Positions 1 through 12,054 of a stretch of 64,000 bases of DNA are shown here, piece after piece; the first letter of the stretch is position 1, and each line of letters opens with the position of its first letter. The notes beneath the pieces are model-generated. The model worked only from the letters and a program-made list of their open reading frames with translations. It made no database searches and was not told the DNA's origin. The translations under genes and the position numbers were made by a program. This stretch comes from Octopus vulgaris (lineage: Eukaryota). Where the stretch lies: positions 31,806,001-31,870,000 of the forward strand of contig OX597835.1 in NCBI GenBank assembly GCA_951406725.2. The letters run 5' to 3'.

Positions 1-1242
1 CTTTTGTTTGATGGTTTCTATGGTGGCATCAATATCAAGTATAGTTTTCATATTGTATTTTTTCAGTAATTTTTGGGTTTTTGTAGGTTTGGTAATCTTG
101 TGAGCCTTAAGGTTTTTCAAATATTCAATGTCAGATCTAAATATTTTAATTTGTTGTTGCAGACGCTCTTGCCAAGAAGGCTTTTTGTGGGACTGTTGCC
201 GTTTTCTAATCTTTACACCACATAGGATCGTTGAGATTTTCGCGGATGCATAGTATAGGTGGTTGAGGTTTGTGATATCAACATCATTAACTGAAATTAT
301 ATCCTTAAGTGCAAGCCGGATTTTACCAATTATTTTCATGTTTTGGTTAGAGTTGCGGATTTTAGGAAGTGTATCACGCTCATCCATGCTGGTTTCTTTA
401 ATTTTCAGCCATTCAATCATGATTTGATTTTTTAGCTCATGTAGTTCTGTTGGGTCAATATTTGTGTGACTTTCTTTATCTATTTGATGCTCATCTGTCT
501 TAGTGTTTATGATTGGTTCAGGGCGTATTTCACTTTGCCTATCACTTATACTAACTCTTTCAATCCTCTCTTCGTTTTTATCCGCCCTGGGCTGGTCTAT
601 AATCATTTCCTCTGTATTATCTTCTCTAGCTGCAGCTTCGTTCATTTTATCCGATATTGCTTGTCTAACCTGATCAATCTCTACTTCAGTCAGTAATTTC
701 TTTTTTATAATGTTTCTTCTAACATTGGCAAGCTTGTTACTGTCTATGTAGGGTCTTACTTCAGGGTGTTTCTGTCTCCAGTTTAAGTATGCTTGTACAG
801 TGCTAGACTTATCTGTGGGGAAATATATGGCATGGTAGAAGGCCTCAAGAACTTCTTTATTATCTTCCCTAGACCATTTTTCCTTCTTTTTCTTTTGATT
901 ATTTGGTGATGAGCATGGATGGCCATCTGTTGGAATATTCCGGTTGTGGGGTTCGTCCAGCTCCTGTGTGTTGGGAAGATTTGATCCAGTAACTGATTTT
1001 TCAATCAGGATTTGGTTCAATTTTCGGGTACGTGGTCTTTTGTAATCCGCGCAATGACCAATGCGGTTTATTGTTTGATTTGTTGACCTTGAAGCATGAC
1101 GAGCATCCATTCTTATATTAGGAGATGGATCTGTCAGTTTAGGGTTCACTACGTGTAAGCATTGCTCATAGCGCCGCTTCTTAAGACTAGCAGATCTATA
1201 TTCGTCTGTATTTTTTTTGTTGATAGTTTTATCTCCGGACAT
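1..1242 (-). CDS. R4/Dong-clade non-LTR retrotransposon ORF, N-terminal part (runs off window start)
   Basis: Manual translation from ATG at 1242 gives 414 codons with no stop: MSGDKT...EKWSREDNKEVLEAFYHA...WRQKHPEVRPYIDSNKLANVRRNIIKKKLLTEVEIDQV...TNLNHLYYASA...PSWQERLQQQIKIFRSDIEYL...TIETIKQK. This matches the pre-RT region typical of R4/Dong elements. Probably absent from the ORF track because there is no stop inside the window. Confidence 0.85.
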   Translation of the reverse strand, partial: MSGDKTINKKNTDEYRSASLKKRRYEQCLHVVNPKLTDPSPNIRMDARHASRSTNQTINRIGHCADYKRPRTRKLNQILIEKSVTGSNLPNTQELDEPHNRNIPTDGHPCSSPNNQKKKKEKWSREDNKEVLEAFYHAIYFPTDKSSTVQAYLNWRQKHPEVRPYIDSNKLANVRRNIIKKKLLTEVEIDQVRQAISDKMNEAAAREDNTEEMIIDQPRADKNEERIERVSISDRQSEIRPEPIINTKTDEHQIDKESHTNIDPTELHELKNQIMIEWLKIKETSMDERDTLPKIRNSNQNMKIIGKIRLALKDIISVNDVDITNLNHLYYASAKISTILCGVKIRKRQQSHKKPSWQERLQQQIKIFRSDIEYLKNLKAHKITKPTKTQKLLKKYNMKTILDIDATIETIKQK

Positions 1243-2161
1243 TTTTTTTTTTTTTTTTTTTTTTTCCTCCTCTTCCTTTCTTCAAGGCTTACTGTGTCTG
1301 TATTAGTTCGAAATAATGAGAATAAAATACGGAGAAGGAAACGAAAAGAAAGGGAAAAAGACGGGATCTGTCAGTTATTATTGTTATTACTATCATCTTC
1401 ACCACCATCACCATCATCAGCAACATCACCATCACCATCATCATCTTCAATGACATTGTTTTATGTGTAGCCACAGCCACCATCAACACTCCATTGTGTT
1501 GGAGAATGGGTGGTTAAAGAATTCATGTTCTTTGGGTCTATAAATAGCCACGGTAGATGGAGACAAAGGACGTTAATGGTCAGTAAAAGGTCAAACCTGT
1601 TTACGTTTATTTATTTATTTATTTATTATTTTTTTTCCTTTCTCTTTTCTTCTTCACCACATGCATATGCATATGTATATATATGTATATTCACTCACAC
1701 ATATTATCTGATGTTTTCGTCGAAGATTTTTTTTTCTTTTTTTAAATAACTTTCTGAGTTCAATGTTATGTATATATTTTTAAATTTCTGAATTCAGTTG
1801 TATGTATATAGTAGTAGGTGCTTAATTCCATAACTTTTTATCGTGCATTTAATTGTGTTGTTACAATAAAAGGTAATTTAAAAGGCAATTTTACACATTC
1901 TTATAGTCATGAGAGACGACTAAATGTAAATGTTCACACAGAATTGGAGATATTTATGTTTCTAATTTTTCTTGTTAGGTGTACGTTTGTATGAGCTGTA
2001 GATATGTAAGTTTTTTTTTACTTATTTTGAGGGTAATTCAAATTACTTACAGTAAACAGTAGATCTTCCAGTTTTCTACAGTTGACCTGCTGGGTTCGCT
2101 GTTGCCAGTTCAGAGCATCGTAAAAATACGTCCATCCTCTGTCACGTCCAGCCGCCTTCTC
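1..2161 (-). mobile_element. R4/Dong LINE 5' portion including about 0.9 kb putative 5' UTR
   Basis: ORF above plus non-coding upstream sequence ending abruptly at a (TAA)n array (2162 onward), the known Dong target. The 5' boundary is inferred. Confidence 0.65.
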
Positions 2162-2245
<84 letters not shown>

Positions 2246-2453
2246 TATTTTTTCCAGGTGGACATTATCCTTTCATCATTTTTATTATTATTATTATTAA
2301 TTATTATTATTATTATTAATTATTATCATTACTATTGAGGTTGATAAAATATTATTAGTTACCCACTCCTCATTTTTATTATTATTATTATTAATTATTA
2401 TTATTATTATTATTAATTATTATTATCTGACCATGATATTATTATTATTATTA

Positions 2454-2489
<36 letters not shown>

Positions 2490-2544
2490 GTTGTTGTTGT
2501 TATTATTATTACTATTCTTCTTCTTCTTCTTCTTATTATTATTA

Positions 2545-2619
<75 letters not shown>

Positions 2620-2640
2620 TGTTATTATTTTATTACTATT
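2162..2640. repeat. compound (TTA)n microsatellite array
   Basis: Directly visible. Confidence 0.95.
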
Positions 2641-3837
2641 TTTCCTTCTTTCTTCAAATTCTCTTCCGTTTCTCGCCGAGTGTTTTCCATACACCGAGGG
2701 CAGAGAAGGGCATTGTATGCATTCCCAGATTACACGCGCAAATACACAGATAAAATATGTATCTAAAAATTAATAAATAAATAAATTCATGGATGGATGT
2801 TATTTTCACAGCGATAATACTCTTCTCAGTACATGAGCCGTTCCAGTTAACACGATTTTTTGCACTTTCTGTAGGGATGGTGAGCCTGGAATCATTTTCA
2901 AATAGGTTTCAGTACCTTTTTTTATCATTCCTAGAGATCCTACAGTCACTGGTACTGTAGTCGCCTTGAAATGCCACATTTTTTTCAATTTCTATTAGCA
3001 GGTCTTTATATTTACTAATCTTGTCAAATTCTTTCGCCGCTATATTGTGATCACAGGGAATACTCATGTCAATTAATAAGCACATCCTTTTTGTCTGATC
3101 TTTTATAATAATATCCGGCTTATTAGCTTTTATAGTCTTGTCGGTCTGCACGGGGAAGTCCCATAGAATCGACACATTTCCTTTCTTCCTCAGTCACAGC
3201 TTCAGGATGATGTTTATACCATTTGTCAGCGGTTTTGATTTTATAATGCCGACATATTGTCCAATGTAAATACTGGCCGACTCTGTTATGTCTTGCTTTA
3301 TATTCTGCAGGTGCTAAGACTCTACACCCTGAGATTAGGTGGTCTATTGTTTCAATCTCATCGTTACAGAATCGGCATTTTGGGTCAGCTCCATTTTTTA
3401 TCACATTGGCTTGGTAGTTCCGAGTTAAAAAGCTTTGGTCTTGAGCAGCTAATATGAAACCTTCACTCTCTGCTTTTAGCCCTGAGTTTCGTAACCATTG
3501 GTGCGTGTGTTTCTGGTCGACATCAGCTTGTTTGCTACGGGCCACATACTTGTCATGGAGAGGTTTCTGTTCCCATCTGCTAGCTAAATTATCATGTGCT
3601 TTTGTCTTTGCAATTAATCTTATTTTCTTTGCAGCTGCAGTTGGCGTATTTCCTTCAGCCTGATCTATATGGTGGGTATCTAAGAGATCAGCAACGAATT
3701 TTTTGCTCTCTTTGAGAATAGAGTGAAGTGTTTTCAGTCTTTCATGTTTTTCAACAAGTTTTAGAATCCAATCGTTGGTTGCTTCAAGGTCCGATTGTGG
3801 TGGTTTTGTATGTAAGTTCAAGCTGGATAAAACCTCG

Positions 3838-3838
<1 letters not shown>
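2640..3838 (-). mobile_element. 5'-truncated R4/Dong LINE (CCHC plus restriction-like endonuclease), frameshifted
   Basis: ORFs 3123-3821, 2909-3175 and 2806-2988 give CRFC..ETIDHLISGC, RHN, ILWDFPVQTD..KPDI, IDMSIP, K..KY..L. Flanked by (TTA)n on both sides. Confidence 0.92.
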
Positions 3839-3903
<65 letters not shown>

Positions 3904-3962
3904 ATTATTATTATTATAATTATTATTATTAATATTATTATTATTACTATTAATATTATTAA

Positions 3963-4013
<51 letters not shown>

Positions 4014-4015
4014 CA

Positions 4016-4055
<40 letters not shown>

Positions 4056-4084
4056 AAAAAAGGAGATGTCGAACACGAGTGGTG

Positions 4085-4363
4085 ATATATAAAAAAGGAA
4101 ATGAAGAAAATGCTGACAAATAATTGAAGTAATTTAAGTAATTTAATTAGGTGAAAGTTCTTTTTACCGGTTGCGCATTTGTTATGCTTATCAAAATATA
4201 AAAGAGAGATTAGAGTTCCTTTCTTAAAGGAACTCTAATCTCTCTTTTATATTTTGATAAGCATAACAAATGCGCAACCGGTAAAAAGAACTTTCACCTA
4301 ATTAAATTACTTAAATTACTTCAATTATTTGTCAGCATTTTCTTCATTTCCTTTTTTATATAT
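4085..4363. mobile_element. perfect fold-back element (about 138-bp arms, 3-nt loop), Penelope pLTR-derived
   Basis: 4091 pairs with 4357 and 4222 with 4226, with no indel. Lies among (TA)n. Each arm carries a hammerhead-like motif. Confidence 0.8.
4243..4290 (+). ncRNA. minimal hammerhead ribozyme-like motif (U3-A8, GCAA variant); mirror copy on - strand in left arm
   Basis: tt-TTGATAA-GCAT-aacaa-ATGC-GCAA-CCGG-TA-aa. Confidence 0.6.
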
Positions 4364-5535
4364 ATATATATATATATACATATATATACATACATATATG
4401 TATATGTATGTATATAACATTTCGAACGTAAAGAGGTTGCTCTTTCACAAGGATGTATTCTTCGAAGTGTACACCGATTTAGCTCAATGTTGGATTTAAT
4501 TAATTTGTGTTAATAGTAGTGTTAACGCTTAAGATGTTCAAATAAAACCGTTTTAGATATTTCCATCCGTTCAATAAAGGAGAATAGAATTTGAAAAATA
4601 TAATAGAATGGAAATGGAGAGTTTGAAGAGAGAAAAGTCAATTTGAATTTTTATCAATTTTATTCACTGAAGAGATTTTTACCTTTAAAATGCATAATGC
4701 AATCTTAATTTAAAACTATAAATGAAGGCAAGAGACTGAAACCTACTATATGAAATTGACTATTATATAAATACATTTATTTTTCTGTGTTTAAACTCTC
4801 CATTTTCTTTTCCTTATATTATATTACATTACATCATATACCCAGATTACACGCGCAAATACACTTAGAACGTTGCGGCAAACGAAACAACTCCCTGGCG
4901 TGATAATGATAATTCCAGCTCGTCTCCTTTTGATAATAATGAGGATGATGATGATGATGATGATAATAATAATAATAATATATATTATATTATATTATGT
5001 TATATTATATTATATTATATTATATTATATATATTTAGTACTATATTGGATTTAGAGAATCGTGCAGTTATCATAGAAAGCTCATCTTACTGACTCGGCT
5101 ATCAGCCCACGTATTCAATAAAAAGAAGTGTAATAGAGCGTGTCCATGTAAATATAATCTACAAGATCTAATCGATGAAAATATTTTTATGTGGTGTATA
5201 TATCAACCATAAAGTCAGGTAGGATCAGAAGTGAATATATATTTATTTTACCCTGTGGCATCATTAAGGGTACGGCCATTTCGCCATTTACTTCATGTAG
5301 TATTAATTTCAGTACTGAAGCTATTATGCGTACGTCTTCGAATTAATATGCATGATTGGCATTATACATTAGAATTTTATATTCATAAATCAATGCATAT
5401 AAAGAAAGGTAGCGTCACGGATGACTGGAATATCATGGTAAGACTACAAATTCAACACAAAACAAAGATATATATTAACCTTCCATGCCTCTTGGGTTTA
5501 TATTATATGCATATATACATACATACATGCGTACA

Positions 5536-5626
<91 letters not shown>

Positions 5627-5867
5627 GTATATATGTATGTATATATATATGTATGTATATGTGTCTATATATTTATGTATGTATGAATAAACAACGAACT
5701 TTTATACATGCTTTACATGAAATATTGATACGATAATGATGAAGTGAGGATGATTATGATGACTATGGTGATGATGATGATCATCATCATCATCATATTA
5801 ATAATAATAAGTGGAGGAGGGTTAGAAGAAGAAGAAGAAGAAGAAGAAGAAGAAGAAGAAGAAGAAG

Positions 5868-5899
<32 letters not shown>

Positions 5900-6123
5900 C
5901 AACAACAACAACAACCCTTTCTACTGGAAGCACAAAGCCTCATATTTGGCAGCAGAGATTAAGTTGATTACATCGACCCCAGTCCGAATGCATGAAATGC
6001 AGTTAACCTCGGCGGAATTTGAACTTAGAACGTTGCGGCAAACGAAACACCTCTAAGCATTTCCCTGGCGTGATAATGATAATGCCAGCTCGTCTCCTTT
6101 TGATAATAATGAGGATGATGATG

Positions 6124-6160
<37 letters not shown>

Positions 6161-6192
6161 CAATAATAATAATAACAATAATAATAATAATA

Positions 6193-6267
<75 letters not shown>

Positions 6268-6270
<3 letters not shown>

Positions 6271-7799
6271 GAAGGCTCTGATATTCAGCATGCAAGGGAT
6301 AAATGAAGGCTCTGGTATTCAGCATGCAAGCATGAAAGAGAAAATCAGGAAGGAATGTTATAGGAGAGTTCGTGCAGTCCTGAAATCTGAACTAAATGCA
6401 CGTAACAAGGTGTTAGCTATAAATTCCCTAGCAGTTCCAGTTGTTACTTATAGCTACAATGTGTTGAACCGGAATATGAGTGAAGTAAAGAATATAGATA
6501 GAAAAATACGCAAGCTGCTGAGTTGTAATAGGATGCACCACCCAAAGGCAGACGTAGATCGCCTTTACCTTCCCAGAGCCCAAGGAGGTCGAGGCCTGAT
6601 CCAATTTGAACTAGCTTACAAAGCAACCACAATTGGACTGGCCAAATATCTCGAAATATCGAATGACTGGATGCTAAAGCTCGTGGAAAATCACGAGAGA
6701 CGAAAGAAGCTTCATTCTATCATCAAGGAAAGCAAACAATTTGCTATTGATCTCGTGCAGGATACCCAAACTGAACAACCCGAGGGAAGTACAGCAACTA
6801 TTGTTGCAAAGAAGGTGAAAATGATGGCAATGAAAAAAGCGCACGAGCAATTGGCTGATAGGTGGGAGGAGAAACCTCTGCACGGCAAATATGTGACCCG
6901 CAGCAAACAAGCTGATGTTGACCAGAAGCAAACCCATCAGTGGCTGCGGAGCTCAGGGCTAAAAGCAGAGAGCGAAGGTTTCATCCTGGCTGCTCAAGAC
7001 CAAAGCCTATCAACCCGGAACTACCAGGCCAATGTGATGAAAAATGGAGCAGACCCAAAATGCCGATTCTGCAACGACATGATTGAAACAGTGGACCACC
7101 TAATCTCTGGATGTAAAGTCTTAGCACCAGTGGAGTATAAATTAAGACATGACAGAGTTGGCCAATATCTCCACTGGCTAATAAGTCGGCATTACAATAT
7201 CAAAACTGCCGACAAGTGGTATAATCACCACCCTGAGGCTGTAACTGAAGGAGAAAATGTAACCATTCTGTGGGACTTTCCAGTACATACAGACCGAACC
7301 ATCAAGGCCAATAAACCAGATATTGTTGTGAAAGACAAAAACAATAAAGTTTGCTTATTAATCGACATGAGCATCCCCTGTGATCATAATATATCAGCGA
7401 AAGAGTTTGACAAGCTCAGAAAATATAAAGACCTACTCATTGAAATTGAGAAAATGTGGCATCTCAAGGCGGTTACAATACCAGTGATCGTAAGAGCACT
7501 AGGAATGATCAAGAAGGGAACCGAAAATTATATGAGAATGATCCCTGGCTTACCATCCCTGCAAGAAGTGCAAAAGATTGTCTTAACTGGTACATCACAC
7601 GTATTGAGAAGAGCATTGTCGATGTGAGAACTGTTGCTGCTCATGTATTTTAATTTAACTTTAAAAAAAAAAAAAAAAATGAACGAACTACTGAGTTTGG
7701 TTTAATGGCCTACCAATATACACTATGAGTTTCTTTGCCCTAGGAGTCGGGAAGACACTCGGCAAGAAATGGAAGAAAATTTGAAAGAAGAAGAAAAAA

Positions 7800-7800
<1 letters not shown>
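6268..7800 (+). mobile_element. 5'-truncated R4/Dong LINE inserted in (TAA)n
   Basis: ORF plus a 3' UTR homologous to 2640-2720. (TAA)n at 6123-6267 and 7801-7866. Confidence 0.92.
6269..7627 (+). CDS. R4/Dong LINE ORF C-terminal half (RT thumb, CCHC zinc knuckle, PD-(D/E)xK endonuclease), 5'-truncated, frame intact
   Basis: 452-aa ORF: INSLAVPVVTYS, HHPKADVDRLYLPRAQGGRGL, AAQDQSL.TRNY, CRFC..ETVDHLISGC, RHD, KPDI, IDMSIP, KLRKYKDL. Confidence 0.95.
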
Positions 7801-7868
<68 letters not shown>

Positions 7869-7964
7869 CCACTGATAAATAAATATACATATCTGTAAAT
7901 AAATTTGACAAATTGAATAAATATAAGGATCTCGAAATTGAAATACAAAAACCATGTGGCATAC

Positions 7965-8922
7965 GCATTAACCTGGTCGTGGTGTCATGAGCAATACATT
8001 GGCCAAACAAAAAACAGTCAACGTAAAAGGATGGCTCTGCACAGATCAAAATTCCCCAAAACAGAAAAATAGAATTCAGCCAACATATCGACATTTGCGC
8101 CAGTAATAAAAATCCAAGCTGTAGAATTTTTCCCCCTCTTCCAATTCAGGGATGATACAACCTGTAGCCAACGAATTAGTAAAGAGACTCTCTTTATTAC
8201 AAAGTACAGACCCATTTTGAACGCATCTACAACAAACAACATATCCACAACACGCAAATATTAAAAATGATATACTCAAGAGATTCCCAAGAATTCATTA
8301 AAAAACAGTCCCAATCACTACTATAATCCATAACGAGTTACTTTTAGGTCACTTGACCATTTCACATCCTACTTCTATCATACCACCTACATTCCTTCTT
8401 ATTCCTCCTTCTTTTTCTCCTTCATCTTCGTCTTCATCCACTCCAAATTTTATAAACAATACATTTAAAAGAGATGTCTTAAGAATTCAATCACTACTAC
8501 CATCCACAACAAGTCACTTTTAGGGCACTTGACCTTTTAACATCCTACTACAATCATGGCACTCCCACATTCTTCTCCATTTCCTTCTTCTTTTTCTTCT
8601 TCTCCTCCATCTTCTTCTCCTCCATCTTCTTCTCCTTCTCCTTCTTCTTCCCTGACAAGAATTCACAACAACCTCGAACCCACAAGAGTTAACAAGAGAG
8701 ATGGAGACAGACAGAAACAAGGTAAATGCCTCCTGTATTTGAACACTATACAAATATTCTTTTAAAATACTTTTCTTTTTATTGTTTTCCATACTTACAG
8801 TTGAAAAAGTCTCAATGACTGCAACCGGTACTAAAATGTTTGTTATAAAATTATTTTAGCATCTTTTACTTTGACTTTTTCCATATATATCAACTCGTGT
8901 GATCCTTTTCAACCTTCTACAA
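7965..8922 (+). mobile_element. Penelope-like element 3' fragment (degenerate GIY-YIG plus 3' UTR)
   Basis: Clearly homologous to 41140-42235 (e.g. CACAGATC..AAAATTCCCCAAAACAGAAAAATAG; TTTTCCCCCTCT). Ends at a TA run. Confidence 0.85.
8798..8833 (+). ncRNA. minimal hammerhead ribozyme motif (U3-A8, GCAA variant)
   Basis: cag-TTGAAAA-AGTC-tcaat-GACT-GCAA-CCGG-TA-cta. Confidence 0.65.
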
Positions 8923-8930
8923 ATATATAT

Positions 8931-9247
8931 GTGGAGGCGCAATGGCCCAGTGGTTAGGGCAGCGGACTCGCGGTCGTAGGATCGCGGTTTTGATTCCCAG
9001 ACCGGGCGTTGTGTGTGTTTATTGAGCGAAAACACCTAAAAGCTCCACGAGGCTCCGGCAGGGGGTGGTGATCCCTGCTGTACTCTTTCACCACTCTTTC
9101 TCCCACTCTTTCTTCTGTTGGCCTGCTCGCTTAGCCAGCGGGGTGGCGTCGTTCGAAGGCTAAAAACAATGCGAACGCATTGTGACCAGCGATGTGTCCC
9201 AAAATGTGATGGTCTGGTCGGTCACGTGACGTGACGTGACACGTGAC
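8931..9247 (+). mobile_element. tRNA-derived SINE, family A (tail 1, ends (CGTGA)n)
   Basis: A-box TGGCCCAGTGG, B-box-like GTTTTGATTCC. Homologous copies at 19400, 26601, 53534 and 58651. Confidence 0.9.
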
Positions 9248-9297
9248 ATATATATATATATACATACACATACAGGGCGAGATAGATAGGTAGGTAA

Positions 9298-9353
<56 letters not shown>

Positions 9354-9744
9354 CTATGTATCGAGCCGGGCTGCAGTGATCCCGGATATTCAATTTTCTC
9401 TTGCAAATTTGTTAGTCCTTAAGAGAAACTGATGCAAGACATTTGCCCGAAATGTGAAATAAACTTCATCAGTGTCAGACATGTAGTTATATTTTTCAAG
9501 TGCGTTAAATGCCATAATATCAGAAATTCTGTTTTGATACTTCTAATATTTCGCAATTTTTGTAGAATAAATCGTTTTATAAAATAGAGTCTCATTTGTT
9601 AATTGACGGAAAAGTTTTGAATATTTGTACACTGAATGACATTTCGTAACACTGGGGAGTTTGTTCATTTACAAACAAGCTTTTGAAAATAGGAACACTA
9701 GTTGATTCTATACACATACGCACACACACACACACATACACACG

Positions 9745-9780
<36 letters not shown>

Positions 9781-10453
9781 GATAAATACATACATACATA
9801 TATTTATATATATATGACTACATATATAGATGCATATATGCATATATTTAAGTGGATAGATGGATAGATAAATAGGTAAAGATATAAATATAGACTAATA
9901 TGTGTGAATGTGTGTGTGTGCCTACATCTGTGTGCATACGTATGTATGTATGTATGTATGTATGTACGTATGTCTGTATGAATGTATGTAAATAAAAGTT
10001 CGGAGACAATTGTCGGAGAAAGATTAATTTCAATGAAAGCGAAATAAATTAACAAAATATCTTTAACCTCGAATCACTAATAATATATTTATCTCTTAAA
10101 TACACAATCCGCTTAAATACACTTGATTGTTCCATACGTACGTTTGCTGTCGTTTTACTGTTTACCAAAGAAATTCTATATTTTCATAATTTTCTCTAAT
10201 TAATTAAACGAACTAAATGTTTATCTAAACTGTTTAATTGATTGACTGAATGATGAAAAACGCTTGTGACGAAGATGGTCGGTGTTGGGGATGATTTTAA
10301 TGATGGTGGTGGTGGTGGTGATGGTGATAATAATGAAAATGATGATGATGGCGGTGGAATGATGATGATCATCATCATGATGATGATTATGATGACAAAG
10401 AAGCGGATGAGGAAAATGATTATTACACACACACACACACATACACACACATA

Positions 10454-10543
<90 letters not shown>

Positions 10544-11289
10544 TTTAAATATAGATAACAAAGATCATTAAGTGGGTTCCTTGTATGCTAAAAACAGACG
10601 CCAAACAGTTCCAGCACAAGTGGACGTGTTTTAACGTATGGTGACCACTGATTCAAATTGGCATTACTTAATAATATTAATTCCTACCCTTATAAATATA
10701 TATATATATTTATTTGATGATGATGATGAGGAGGAGGAGGAGAAGGAGGAGGATGTTGGTGGCTGCCCTCGTGCTGGTACTGGTGCATGTGACAATTATG
10801 ATTGTGATGATGATTGTGACAATGATAACGACGGCAACATTGACGGACAATGACAATTCTGGAAAGGGTGATAACGTCGATAGATGATAATGATGTCGGC
10901 ATTGCTGTTGTTGTTGTTGTTGTTGTTGTTCTTGGTGGTGGTGGTGGTGGTGATGGTGGGTGGCAGTGTTGATAATCTATTTGTTTTCTTAGCTTTGTTT
11001 GTCGCTCTATAATTGATATAGTTGCAGTTATTAAGTACTAACGACTTCACACTTGTTGTTTATAAGACTCTTTCATGTAATTCTTCACAGTTGGTGTTCC
11101 TGTTGATATTATCATTTCTGTTGCTACCATTTTACTTTTTTTTTATCATTTTCAACAAATCGTCTCTTCTAATGTCGTTATTAATTGTATTTCATCATCA
11201 AAGCAACCGATACCATTATTATCATAATCACTATTATCATAACCAGCATCATCATCGTCGGCATTGTAATAATAATAATAATAATAATG

Positions 11290-11366
<77 letters not shown>

Positions 11367-11369
11367 TAT

Positions 11370-11917
11370 AAATGCCCTGATGCAGTACCAGGCAGTGGCT
11401 CTCGTGGCTTCAGAACTTATCTGATTGGAAGTGTTATCATGTACATAAGTGTCTTGGTATAAAAGATGGACTACAGCAAATATTCTGCTCAATACCACAG
11501 ATTTGCTTGTCAGTTGTTTGACCATAACCAGTTGATCATGTCCCTTAGCGGCTGATGATATGCGCATCTCTGATCATGAGCAGAAGTGGAAGAGCACCAT
11601 AGCCATGTGTTGAGAGGGATTCTTTGAATAATTCACATCTCGAAACATGGGTGTTTCGTTCAACATCCTTAAACAACCCTTATTCAGGGACCTTTTGAGC
11701 GAGATAGATTACTCGACCAGAAGAAAATTCTAACTTGGCGCCACCTGCAAGGTCATGTGCTGTTTATCTTGATATGAGATCACCATGTCACGCGCATGTG
11801 TTTGTAATACATGTACCTAGTGTACCCTTATCAGATGGGTTATCATGATGGGTATACTGGGCTTCGTACATTTTAACCCAGTGTCACTTTGATGGTATGC
11901 ACTGCTCTCTTACTCAA
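11370..11917. mobile_element. about 550-bp non-coding interspersed element embedded in (TAA)n
   Basis: Complex sequence bounded sharply by TAA arrays on both sides, with no convincing ORF. Confidence 0.5.
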
Positions 11918-12054
11918 TGATAATAATAATAATAATAACAATAACATCAACAACAACAACAGCAGTAACAATAATAATAATAAACGCTTCTACCATAGGC
12001 AAAAGTTCTGAAATATTGGGGGAAGATTTAGTCAATTACCTTCCTGAAAAAGGT

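Noticed and set aside
1979-2005. 27-nt micro-exon-like segment on + (ctaatttttcttgttag / gtaagt)
   Set aside because: Good splice signals, but it lies antisense inside the putative Dong 5' UTR and no partner exons were found; such signals are common by chance in AT-rich DNA.
8931-9005. tRNA genes at SINE heads
   Set aside because: A/B boxes present but followed by SINE bodies and lacking a complete acceptor stem; treated as SINE promoters.
11373-11415. Possible HDV-like ribozyme (GGCTCTCGTGGC)
   Set aside because: P3 and P1/P2 pairings could not be built.
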